Shown: positions 39,101-51,211, counted from the first letter of the whole stretch. The stretch: 61,727 nucleotides of DNA, filler included, from Choristocarpus tenellus KU-1152 (GCA_964200185.2; 10 parts of 10 records of this genome joined end to end with filler, not necessarily neighbours in it); one strand, 5' to 3'. Program-made: numbers and translations. Notes: generated by a model not told the origin, from the sequence alone.

Positions 39101-40038
39101 TTCACAACAGCTCTAACCCAACTAGAGGAGGAGTAGAGCGCCACCATCCCACCAATGTTGACAACTCCATCAGCTTTTTGTACATTTTGTGGATCTCTAC
39201 TAGTGACTCTTCTTTTTTCTTCGTCTGTTGCTTGATAGCTTCTTCGAGCTCGTGCTGAAAAAATATCTTATCGTACAGCGTGCGCTCAACCGCACTCTCG
39301 GTCGCGTCGTTCAATGCTATAAGCGTGGTCCCACAGTGTAGTGGGCGAATGGGACAAGGGGTAGGTGGGAAGCGGTCGCGGGACACACGCGGCATGCAGT
39401 ACTGAGCCATATGTTGCTGTGGACAGAAAGACCACGAGGGATAAAAAATATCAACAACGAAAAGATCCTCAATGGGCTAACTGACAATGAACCAAACAAA
39501 GGAAACTCGGCAACAACTTCGTACATCAGAAGAGTCATCAGGCGATCATGGAACAACGAAAAAACTCAACTTACTTTGTTGCTTAGTTGATCAGAACGAT
39601 CAGGCGATTATGGAACAACGACAACACTCCATCACCCACCGTTGGCAATTAGCCTTCCTTCTGCTTGGTTGAACTCCATGTAGACCCGCATCACGAAAGC
39701 GTGTTCGGGATCAAACTCTCTATTCATCACCGTTACTCTATGGTTTCCGTCCAGTGTACGTCCTTGAATAAGCAGTCTCGCTGGACTACGACAGACGGAG
39801 CAAACTGCTCCAGCCAGCCTTTCTCGTGGATAAACTTGCTGACGCGCGCAAGGCCACGCTCGCTCAGTGGATGCACCATCTCCGTGCGTGTGATGTTGCC
39901 GAGTTTCATCCGGTACGTGCCGAGGTAGTGGTGTTCTAGGAGTGAGGACATGCCCTTTAGATTGCTGTCCCACGTTCTCGATCCGTGGGCAGCGCCATCG
40001 GCGGTCGGGTGGGTTGTTGTTGAGCGAATGCTGGACAT
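33180..40038 (-). pseudogene. Decayed multi-exon gene: ParB-like domain + helical/HTH-like region + acidic linker + PHD-like finger + beta-class N6A/N4C DNA MTase-like fold (spans linker 37658-37757)
   Basis: ParB motifs V(H)PLSERGLARVSKFIHEKGW..FAPSV and LDGNHRV, then LIAN|ALNDATESAVERTLYDK. Cys/His cluster CSCPKCSITHMGEC...RLCINC. MTase-like LRQVMKCLQVKIHPQGTIALFV, HQDMILLAHN and IPMRALHFLVDR|YTNPGDTVISF...EAALEWSRR. Contains in-frame stops and frameshifts; the 3' limit is approximate. Confidence 0.65.
33804..34061. mobile_element. MITE family A, in an intron of the ParB/MTase-like pseudogene
   Basis: Perfect TIR GAGCCAAAGTATCTTAGAGGGTA; TSD GGAA. Confidence 0.95.
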
Positions 40039-40289
40039 GGCGAAGGTTGGGAGGGTGTGACGGGGATCGATAAATAACAGGTGCACGTGGTATGTACGGA
40101 AGGGAATGAATTGAAATGAGGACTGAGGGACGGCAGGTGCTGCTTTATTTCATCTGGTTGGTCGGTCCTCAAAACTCAGATTTGTCTTTCCGTTGACAAT
40201 TGTGTTATAAAAAATATGAATATCGAACAGCATACGATTTCATATTGGAAAGAGACAGAGAGTAACAGATTTTTGTGACCTTTTCGTTT

Positions 40290-41340
40290 CGTACGTTTCA
40301 AACGTATTGTATCAATGAAGGATGTGGTTTGTATTTGTATTTGTTGATGTAAAGATTAGAATATTATTATTATTTCGTAAAACCCCTAACGCACGTGTCT
40401 TGGGTCTTCAAGGGTTTAGAAGATCAGATCGGATCTTTAAAACTCTATATCCTCTTTTTTGTCGTCTCTAGTATTATTAAGAATCCTAATGTCGCCAAAA
40501 AGCGGTTTTAGTATTTAAATAAATTGTGGGTACCAGTTGGAAGTGACCTTTTAGTTTCTGAAAATTGGAAACGTGTGAGATCCATAAGGTGCGTTTCTTG
40601 TATTTTCAAAAATTGTAAGAACGATTATTACTGGATTTACTATTTCTAAAAATCCTAATGCACGTGTTTTGGGTGTTCAAGGGTTTAGCAGATCCGGATC
40701 CGCTAAACCCAAAGAACCGCGTTTTGTCGCCTCTAGTATTTTCAAGAATGCAAATGTCCAACAATTTAAGATTTTATACTTAAAAAAATTAGAGGGTGCC
40801 AGTTTTTTTTTTACCTTTTGGTTTCTGAACATTGGAAACGTACAAGATCAATGAAGTATGTGCTTCACATTTAAAAAAAAATTAAGTACGGGTATAATCG
40901 GATTTACAACTTCCAAAAACCGTACTGCACGGATTTTCAGGATCATGGATCTCAGGGTTAGCCCACGGATTGCCCGGAGTTCAAAGAAAGTTGGTTTCGG
41001 AACATTGGAAACGTACAATATCAATTAAGTATGTGATTTCTATTTTAAAAAAATTGTAAGTACGGGTATAATCGGATTTACAAGTTCCAAAAACCGTAAT
41101 ACACGGATTTTCAGGATCATGGATCTCAGGGTGGTCCCACAGATAGCCTGGAGCTTAAACAAAGTTGGTTACGGAACATTGGAAAGATACAATATCAATT
41201 AAGTATGTGATTTGTACTTTAAAAAATTTGTAAGTACGGATATAATCGGATTTACAACTTCCGAAAACCGTAATGCACGGATTTTCAGGATCATGGATCT
41301 CAAGGTGGTCCCGCAGATAGCCCGGAGCTCAAACAAAGTT
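40290..41340. repeat. AT-rich tandem array: three ~173-bp units (starting 40827, 41000, 41174) preceded by two diverged ~270-bp units
   Basis: GAACATTGGAAA(C)G.TACAA.ATCAAT.AAGTATGTG and TATAATCGGATTTACAA.TTCC.AAAACCGTA.T.CACGGATTTTCAGGATCATGGATCTCA recur at 173/174-bp spacing. Related motifs occur at about 40560 and 40290. Confidence 0.9.
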
Positions 41341-41414
41341 CATACGCCCGCCTTCGAATCTAATCACTCCTAGACCTTCTCACTGCCCAAGACCGCCTGT
41401 TGCCCGAAAACACC

Positions 41415-43914
41415 ATGACAGTTGCTTCCACAGCAAGGGGGTGGCTTTTGTCGCCTGCGTCTCCCCCTGTGTTGCCCCCTCACCAGCCCACGAACAATGA
41501 AGCGCTGGAGCTTTCTACCAATGACGCTTCAGCGACCGGCGCCAAGCTTCGCCGAGGATGGGCTGAACCCATCCTGGTCAACGAATAGGGTGACTGCTGC
41601 AAGCGCTTAGCCTGTGTGAAGAAGTTCGCGGCAGATAGCGAGTCCTTCCTTGCACGCACGTTGGCCAAAGAGCAGGACATCATCCGGGCGTGTGAGAACC
41701 GCCGCGATCGTAAGCACTTCGTTGGTGACCGTGTACCTGTGACTAAGTTGGGTCCTGGAGGTGGATCTATGCTCGCGGCCGGCATTCCCGTCTATGCGCA
41801 GTTTCTCAAGGCATCGTTCGGAATATCCAATCATGTCATCGACGCTTGCAAAGGCACACCTAACGCAAGAGCATCCACCGGCGTGGAGAGGTGGGTTTGA
41901 TATATGTACACAGTGTTATTTTTCCCCGGTATATTTTCCCCCCTGCTTGATGATTGAACAGTAGTCCTATTTCAGAACAATGTAATCCGACCGTACTCAC
42001 CACATTCACTTTGCAGTTACCACGCCTAAATGTCTGATATTCAAAGTTAAAGATCCCTCCAGCATGAAGTTATGTGTTACCTATGTGTGTATATACACGT
42101 GCGATATGTTTTTTTATGCTTCAACAATATCATCTCATCCGACCGTCCCCGCGCTGCTGCAGCAGTTACCACGTGTAAATATTTTCGGAATTAGAGATCC
42201 GCTGCTGACATACGATCCCTCTAGGATTCCATCCTCCGTCCCTTGTATCCACCTCCAACACATCTCCCATCCATTTATATACATACGTGCGCTACTACAA
42301 CAGGAACAGCACGAACAAAGATAGGGACATGGCTCCGAAGATAGACTACTGGGCTGATACATATGGGTAGTTCACGCCTCACAAGTCCACAATTGTGATC
42401 TACGGTGCGAACAAAGAGGTAGGTTTTGCTCTTGGTTTTGGAGAGGTTGGCCGCACCCTGTGTTGGGAGTTAGTTGCAAACCGTGTGACCCAGCAGTACG
42501 TAGAAGAGGTGGATCGAAGTAGCATTTCGAGTGGTGGATGTTTATTACTTCAACCGGTATGATGTTATGGTTAAAAGAACATGTGAAGATTCGTACCAAG
42601 GGCTATTTTTTTCGTTTGCTATTTCGAGACTACAATGTTGATGATGATACTCTTCGTCGCATTTACGACGGAAGACACACTAACTGTTATCCGTGTACAC
42701 CTACTCTGCGGCCCCAGGCCCGGTCTGACATTGGTAGCAAAAGTGTGTACTTCGTATGTCTAAAGCGCTTCACGATGAAGATGATGATGATGATGATGAT
42801 GATAGATTCGCCTCCTTTGCCGCTTCTGCAAACGGTGGCAAGGCCCGAACAGAATGACGCTCCTGGCAGATTTACGAAGATCATTGTATTTGCTCTTTCG
42901 TAACGCACGATGTAAGCTTGCTTGACCCTGTCTTCCGCGTTCTCAGTCAAGTTATTGGTCAGCCTGCCTTCAAGAGATTTTGCAGGGGTGTTCTTCGAGT
43001 GTTCCTTCTCAATAACTCCTCGCTTGCCCACACAACCAACATTTTAAACTAGGAGCTATACAAGGATTTTTGCAAAGAGGTAATACGGGTGTATCCTGAC
43101 GACCCTTCCAAGCAGGTAAGCAGGGCGCACTTCCTCCGATTGCTCAGAGAGGACAGGCCCAACATCAGGGTGAGGGTAGGAGGCGAGTTTATGAAATGTG
43201 ACATATGTGTCACGTTAAAAGAGAAGCGGCATGGTTCGCCTGGTGTAAAACCCACGAACGACTCCACCGTCCTTGACTCCATTGATAAGGGGCTATCAGA
43301 CCATCGAGAGGTAGGTGTTCAGCGTTAATTTTGCAACAAGCGTACAGTGGCAACATGTCGCCGTCATTGCCCTCCATTGGGAAGAACATCTGTTGCCTTT
43401 TGCGAATGAAGGCTCCCACGCAGGTGCTTATGGCAGCAGCAGCAGCCTCACTCACCGCAAAAATGTTGTTATTACCTGCCCAAACATCTTGTATGATAGA
43501 CTGCTTCCTGGTCGTCTACAACGGGATGTAGGAGGGACAGGTCATGTAGCGGCCTTCCGGCCCCGTACGTACGTACTTCCTACCATCCCGATAATACTGT
43601 GTTTGTAATGAACGCAGCAATAAAAAACATATCCAAAGACAATCATTTATTGTTACCTGCACTCCATTTTTGTTACTAACCTGGGACGTGTTAACAAGTG
43701 GCTGGTTTATTTGATTTACAGACGTGATGTTGCTCTCCCCCATTCGCCAGATTATCCAAGCGGATTGGCTGGTCATCGCCAACAGCACCAGCAGCGCCAT
43801 GCGGGCCAAAGCCGACGGCAAACCTCTCGGCTTTGTGTTCATGTCCGTAGACGTCGCGAACCAGACAGCACAGGCCCTCCCAGCACTTTACCCACCTACC
43901 CACGGCGGTGACAG
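41415..43914 (+). pseudogene. Sola1-type DDD transposase relic with introns (exon-like 41415-41890, 43053-43310, 43751-43914); 3'-truncated by contig end
   Basis: N-terminal CCKRLAC and GIPV(Y)AQFLKASFGIS. Middle ELYKDFC...VSRAHFLRLLREDRPNIRVRVGGEFMKCDICVTL...DHRE. First catalytic Asp region FMSVDVANQTAQALP, compared with DG[AM]DQ...LP. In-frame TAG at 41586-41588. Confidence 0.7.
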
Positions 43915-44091
43915 GTAATCACACGCACGCATAGTTCATCTGACAACAAGTTTGCAGCCGCACGCGGAACAGAATAGACGACCATGTTTTATTCTACGGA
44001 TGATTGCAAAGTCCCAAGAAATAACCGCTAAAACAGACGCACATAATTCCACTACCTATTCCGTTCATCATGATGACGACACACCGTAGAA

Positions 44092-44150
44092 GAGCCAAAG
44101 TATCTTAGAGGGTAGGGCCGCGTCCATTTGGTGGCCAAAATCCAATGTCG
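44092..44150. mobile_element. MITE family A, truncated at contig end
   Basis: GAGCCAAAGTATCTTAGAGGGTAGGGCCGCGTCCATTTG. Confidence 0.88.
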
Positions 44151-44500
44151 NNNNNNNNNNNNNNNNNNNNNNNNNNNNNNNNNNNNNNNNNNNNTTAATT
44201 AATTAANNNNNNNNNNNNNNNNNNNNNNNNNNNNNNNNNNNNNNNNNNNNAAACACTACAATGCCCTCCAAAACATCTATTCAAAACATAGCTCTCCTGT
44301 AATAAAAAATAAATCAACATGGCTGACACCACCCCCCCCCCCCCCAACTTTTCCTGCACTGCTGACCATATCCCACTATCATGTCTACATTTCTTGTTCA
44401 CACCCATTTTTTGAGTACTTCCCTCCTCCTCATCCCCCCCCTCCCGCCTACCTACACACTACAAAATTGGAAAGTACCGGTCATCCTCAGAGTGGTTTAC

Positions 44501-47500
44501 CTTGTTAAGCACCAGTACCATCTTCTTGTCTGGCCTGGCAAGTACTGCTGCCTCCACAGCCTCCGCCCTACTCCCCAAGGGATCTCTGGCATCCAAAACC
44601 TCCAGGATAACGTCCGCTGTCTCAACCACCTTTGCAGAGTACAACGGAGTGGACATGGAGCAAAAAAAAAGAAAGTAGAGGGTAACAGTAAGCATGCCTA
44701 CTGGTGTGGAAAGGGGTGATCAACATAGAAATAGGCATTAGAGCAAGCAGACAATGAGAAGTTTTTTAGTCCTAGTGGTCTGAGACAAAAGTCCTTCAAC
44801 TCCCTTTCATCTTTGACTCCTCAAGAACATGAAAACTATCACCTCACCTTCTTGAGTTCCCTCAAGTAGGCTCTCCTGGATTGCTTCCCATGCCTCACCA
44901 CATCATCCACATTCCGGAATTCATCCTTGGGACAAAGAAAACACACACATACAAACACACACAGACATACGCCTCATATCATACCATGTCATATCATGTC
45001 ATATCAAATGGGGGAAACTATTAGGCTGACTGGCACACACCCGGTTGAAACTTATAAAAACCAAGACGACAAAATAGGGTATAACCAAACAAAACGTACC
45101 CAAACCATACCTGAGATGTGCAGGATAGACCGCACACCAGAAAATAATAATAAGAAAACAGTGTGTGCCCTAGCACCAGTCCTACCTACTACGGAGAGAT
45201 GTCAAAGGGGATCTTCTGACTCAGCAGAACGAATTTGAAAGCAATCAAATGAGGAACACTGATCCGTTTCTGCAAAACTAAAACCACATCTTGATGAGCA
45301 AGGTAAATACTGTTGGGCAACTATCCAAGAGAACCACATACCACTCGAAGTCCCCAATTCCAAACACCTATCAAAACACACAGCCCTCATTGAATCCTCC
45401 CTTCAACTCTCAGGCATAGGTGAGGTGCTCTAGAGGTCAGCAGTGTGACGCTCACTTACTCTCACTTACGCTCCCATTAAGGTACACCTTTTTGCTGTCT
45501 GGCACTCTCACACCTACAACAGGAATCGCCCCTCACAAGCATAAAGGAGAGGTTTTCCTACACCAAATAGAGATTCAATCCCATGTTTGTGTGTCAAAAC
45601 TGACACACAAACCTGACGAAACATTAAACCCCAACAGAAGCACCGCTCACATATCAAAGACCACATCCCTTAACACCTCTCCCAGCATTACCCCCCTCCC
45701 TTTCCCCCACCTATCCTTCACACAACGCACTTTTGTTCTTCCCTCTTCTGCCCTTGCAAAATCCTCCTGTGCACTCTCTGCCCCAGACACCAACCCCTCC
45801 AGTGTTTGACCCCCGGGGGCCAAACCGCGCCTCTTCATCTTTATTCCGTTCACAAGAATGAGAGGCAAAAAGGTGCAGGTAGAGAGGAGAAACAGAGACC
45901 GTGCATAAAAGGAATTGAGAGTAGAATGGGGGAGGTTTGGGATCAGAGACTACTGAGAACGACTCGTATTGTTCTGTTAGTTCTGTTTAAAAAAAAAAAA
46001 CCTGCAACATGAAAGTACGAAGAGGAAGATCAAACACACTCAACGAAACCAATTTCGTATACTTTAGATCACACCACATGGGAGTACAATCAATAGTACA
46101 TAGCGGATGAAGACATCTGACATTGACATTCTTGACATTGCTGTTGCCTACTTCGTCAAGAAAAGTGAGGCCATTTAGAAATAGTCTTATCGAGCACACC
46201 GTGCTGTCGTTCTGCTTACTCTCGTCTATATTCTAAGACCGACTTGTGGCACATCAACAGATGGGGTCAACGCCTTCTTATGGAATCCACAACCACAGAT
46301 CACATGAAAACACCATACACAAATAGGAAACAACCGGCCTATCATAGAGGAGGAATATTGACACCATTTGGTCTAAGCCAAGCAAGCACATAAGCGTTTG
46401 TTACATCCACAGCCTGCGCTGTCAAGGGTTGGACTCCCCTGCCTGCCTGCAAGTGAGAAGCAAACCTATTGCCATCAAAAGAACAGGAGTAGCAAACCTC
46501 CTCTGACAAAGGCATTCAACAAGGGGACCAGCATGAAATCATTGAAGGGACAGAAAAATGCACTGTTGACCACATTGCGAGAATCTTGGTTTGAGGGCGT
46601 CTGACACTACGAGATTTTAAAACGTTAAGTGATCACCCGTTGCAACATTGACAGTTACCCTCACAAACACAACCACAGCATCGTGCCATATGGTATCACC
46701 AACCAATATTGGAGGAGCATCCTCAAACTCAAAGAGGGACAACAAGAGAACACAACTATATGTTTTGAGAAAACCGCAAGTCTTTATCTTGTAGCAAAGT
46801 GGTGCAAGACCCTCTTCTGTGAATGCATTTCAAACACATGATTCAACAACAGATATTTATTAAGAAAATACTCTCAAGGACCATTCTTAACACTAAAATA
46901 TCCACTACTCTGTTGGTGTTGTGTCTTTATCTCCCAACACCACTTAAATCTCTCACCAGTTCCGCTCTCCTCTTCTCCTTCATTGCCACCTTGTTGGCCT
47001 CTAGGCGCCGCTTGGCATGCTCGATCTCTGCCAATACCTATTTGGGTAGCGTTATTGAGTTGATAATTGAGCAAATTCCGCTGATCAGGGTGATTGGATG
47101 GGTATCACAGAAGGGCTGTTTTACTGCCTTCTGGTTCTTGAATATGACACACCGCACAATAGCAACATCATTCTCCTCTACTGTGACTATCTCGTCAAGA
47201 TTATACTGACAGCTTGCATAGAAGCATTTGGCGTATGAAAATTTCAACAATATGCAAACTAAAGTTGAAACGCATTGTTAGCCAGAGATAAAAAATGCAA
47301 GCAATTCTAAAAGCCAAGGCAGGATCCGTGAAGACAATTCGACAAAATGAAATGTGCATTCATAGCTTTGAGTTTGGGCTGGTGTTGGCGTTGCTGTGGA
47401 AACGTTCGAAGACGGCTCAAATGAGATTACATGAGCTCCACTGCAGGGTGGCCAGGTGCTCCCCTGGTCTACACTGAAGAACCTCTCGGATAGAACAACA

Positions 47501-48259
47501 TATGATACTGTGAGGAGAAACGGCTGCTGTACCAAGCGCACAGTGCGCATCAGGTATACAACGTATCAGACTGCGTGGGATGTGGGTCAAACATCGACTC
47601 CATCTGGAGGTGAACCTGGTTCTACAAAAGTTCAACCTTGTGAAAGTTGGCAAGAGGCAGAGCACTCACACAAGGTTAATCCTTGTCCCTCATAGAAACT
47701 GTCATTTAAGGAGATTCAGGCAATGAGTCAGCGTAGACTCTCTTCTCCTACAGCCTCGTATGCTGGCTCCACAGATGTCACGGACGTGCTTGCATTCAGC
47801 GGATATGATACTCCCACAACGGTTACAACGACCCGAGATTCCATCCACTTCCTTCCCCCCTCCTACCTCCTCCTTGAAGGGCATGGAGTTGGGAATACCA
47901 GGGTCCTTGACCTTTCGGTTTGCCTTGGGGTTCCTTCGAGACTCCTTTTTCTGCTTCCGATGGTGTTCAGCTACCTGAAACAGGTAGTTGGCGGAACCAT
48001 TCAAAGCGGTTTGAACGAACAAATGAAGCTTGAACCTATTAAAGGCACTAGTTCTAGGCAAGATGCAGGGGGAGAAACTTCCGTGGATGCATATGAGTCG
48101 ATGGGAGAGAGGTGCATATTATAAAAGCCAGTTGTGCCACGTACAAGACAAGCGCAGGAAATCGACAGCCTCACACACACCACGTTTTCATACCCTCTTC
48201 TTTATCTTGTACTTCTGTTGTAGGCTTGTCCTCTTGGACTTCCCCTTCTTCTTCACCAT
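44501..48259 (-). CDS. GNL3: Nucleostemin/GNL3 (Nug1/Grn1) circularly permuted GTPase, 3'-partial; exons 48259-48194, 47974-47867, 47037-46957, 45838-45731, 44925-44848, 44629-44501
   Basis: [22 protein letters not shown]|VAEHHRK...[14 protein letters not shown]|VLAEIE...[11 protein letters not shown]|[21 protein letters not shown]...VLVLNK. All joins are phase-0 GT-AG. Confidence 0.95.
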
Positions 48260-48750
48260 GGTTATAACGACCTCTCACACTATCCAAAGTTGCGGCAAGG
48301 TTGTACAACCGAGGACACGGCGTGTATCGCTGGGTTGGCAGGGGTTGGGTACCTTCAAGGGTAGATAGAATCTTTCAGGTGAAATGAAGAGCCTGGAAGG
48401 CTGAACCTAACACCAATATCATAGGGCCGTGAGATAGAGAGGGGGAGAGGTGTAAGGTATAGGACGATGTGTGGTAGTGGACAAGTCCATTGTTGGTTAG
48501 AAACACCGACGCCTTCTACGAGCAAAAAAACTGTTGACTCTCTCACCTAATGTTATGTTGGATATGATCCGCAATGATCAAGAAATACTCTTCTGTCACG
48601 TAGTGAGGATCTTCCTTCCATCGTAACTTTTGAAGTGGGGGACTTTTCTCTTTCAGCACGGGATATGGATAGTGCAGAAGGTACATCTAGGAACTGGACG
48701 AATCGTTAGACCTACCTTACACGGAGAAGCTTCGAGTGGACTGCTTGACA

Positions 48751-50650
48751 ATGCCAGCACTGAAGTTTATGGGACGTCGATGGGGTGTGGGCGGTGACGA
48801 ATTTGCTCTGCCATCCCTATGCTCCATGGGCTTACGAATTCTGTGGAGTACTGCCCTCGTTATTATGCTGGTGAGAAATATAGGCATCGATCGCACACTT
48901 GTGCTGCAATTCTGCAACATTCCCATCATCCATTTAGTGAACGTCAGTAGGATGACTTGACCTCACATCAAGCTTTGTCCCGTGTGCGCGATGCGAAGTT
49001 TGAGGTTGATGGAGAACTTCGTGCATGTGCAGATGGCTGGCTGGTCTACACGTACTTTGTCTGCTCTCTCACCACCTTCGCCCTTGCGGTCGTTGTGGAA
49101 TGGGGGATCACACGTGTTTCTGCATTGGGTATGTTGTCCCTTCTTGATCTCGCCAATACACCTGATGCCGCTGTGGTGTCCAAGAGATTATAATTGGAGT
49201 TTGTACAAGAATGAAGGGGTGGGATGGTCGTCAGAAGATTACCTTGGGTCAAGTCTCGCAAAGTGACTTACCTTGCCTCTTCTAAAACAGTTCTGCAAAG
49301 CTTGTCCCTCCCCTCGACCTTCACATCACTACTTCTCTTCACCATACTTTTGTCTTGTTCGACTTTCTAGGGAGCATTGCAGACACTGCGCCGCGAGAGA
49401 GTATGGGTTTCTACTTGAAGATTCACGCAATGCTTGGGATCGTACAGTTGATCTTGGCGGGACTGGGGGTAGCCCTGATTACCTATTTCGATTCAACTTG
49501 TCAGGGAGCGCTCAGTGACCACGCCCTGGACATCCTTGTTGCTGCTGTTGTGGCCAGCCAGGTCAAGCTTTCTCCCAACATTAAATATGTCTCGTATTGT
49601 ATCAGTCAGGTTTTGATAGACATTGTACTTTCGAATTTTTTTATCGGGTTCGGGTTAATTGGTAACATAAGGAAGCAATGCGGGTCGTCTAGCTGCAGCA
49701 CTTGCCATGGAATCCCCTACTCTCTCCTTCAGGACATGACCTCTGCAAGATGCTATCCATGTGGAAATATACCAACACACGTACTAGTTCACGTGTACCC
49801 CACCCATCCTCTGGTCCACTTCCCTGTGCAACCATCCTCGCATACCTTTCCGTCACGAATCCCCGTTACAATCAGTATCACCTTATACCCACTGCCCTTT
49901 CGTGTTTCTTTCAGCTGATGGATGTGATCATGACCTGCTGCTGCTGCTTCCTCATGGTGGGAACCAGACAGCAGGGCGCAAGGGGCCGTGAGGAACAGGA
50001 GCATAGCCAGTACGAGAGATTCCCTGCTGATGAGGTGACTTAATTTCATTGTTGTTCATGTACTTAGAACAGATCCACTGTCGAATGTTGCTTCGGCTCT
50101 GTTGAATTACAGTAGTCGAGCCCTGGTTGACGCCCAAGTGCTGTTCTTTGTATTTGGTCAAGTAATCGTTGGAGTGCATTCAATGCAGTATAGTTTGTAG
50201 GCACTATTGCGCCACTGGAGAGTGGAGTTGGTGGACGCGATGGTGAAGGATGGCATTATTATTATTATTATTTTCGTTATTTTTCCTCCGACTAGTCTAA
50301 GGGGGCCCTGGACCTGTGCTCGAAACGGTGGTCCAAAGAAGGCACAATAATACACACACACACACACGCACTGCTTCTCTCTTCTTTTTTTCTTTTTTTT
50401 ACGATTGAAATTTTTAGTCGCCGTTCGTCATTCAACTACCTTTGAGTGCCCGCCCTCTTGACCTGCAAAAAAAATGAACATTCAAACGCCGTCCGTCCGT
50501 GGTCGATAGATCGAGGGGCAGTGGTCGCAGCGCTGCAGGCTGGTCTACCGCTTAGGAAGCATGTGCACCTGCGGGCTGTTCGGGAGCGGATCGAGGGATG
50601 CTGACTTCGGCCATCTGTCCAGGGTGATGGCAAGGATATTCCACACGGAG
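48751..50650 (+). CDS. Diacylglycerol lipase (DAGL alpha/beta)-like, N-terminal TM region; exons 48751-48870, ~48951-49128, 49371-49561, 49915-50034, 50510-50650; partial
   Basis: MPALKFMGRRWGVGGDEFALP start resembles the DAGL 'MP....F.RRW....D' N-terminus. Also VSALG|SIAD..PR, four hydrophobic helices and W..RCR...DFGHLSRVMARIF. The exon 2 acceptor is uncertain. Confidence 0.8.
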
Positions 50651-50847
50651 GTGGGGTTATTATGGTTTCGAGAGGATCATCACCATTTCGTGTCGTGTTG
50701 GGGTTTGTTTGTTTTTTTGTTTTTTTTGTCCTCGGGTAGGTAGTAGGTGGTGGTGTCTGCTGCCCCCTTGTCACAGGCCCTGTCGCCACTCTCTTAGAAA
50801 GTAGTCTCGAAAAATGTCGGTCGGTGCCCCCCCCCCCCCCCCCCCCC

Positions 50848-50879
<32 letters not shown>

Positions 50880-51211
50880 CTTTATCAGTCCTTATCGTGC
50901 TTGTGCTTCCCGTGGTCTGTTGTTCTTNNNNNNNNNNNNNNNNNNNNNNNNNNNNNNNNNNNNNNNNNNNNTTAATTAATTAANNNNNNNNNNNNNNNNN
51001 NNNNNNNNNNNNNNNNNNNNNNNNNNNATGGATATGTTTATTAGCGGAGTGAGCACTATCCTTAAGGTGGGGGGGTGGTGCTCTCCCTTGTTATCTAATT
51101 CATTCGTCATCAAACACGTCAGAGATATGTTTAAGCATGTTTGTGACAGTTACTTAGACTACTAGTCTATATTGCACACTCTCAACTGTATCAGATATAA
51201 CTAGTAGTGTA

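Noticed and set aside
33109-44150. Bacterial, phage or giant-virus contamination as the source of ParB/MTase
   Set aside because: The genes have many spliceosomal introns and contain host MITE insertions, and no viral core genes were seen.
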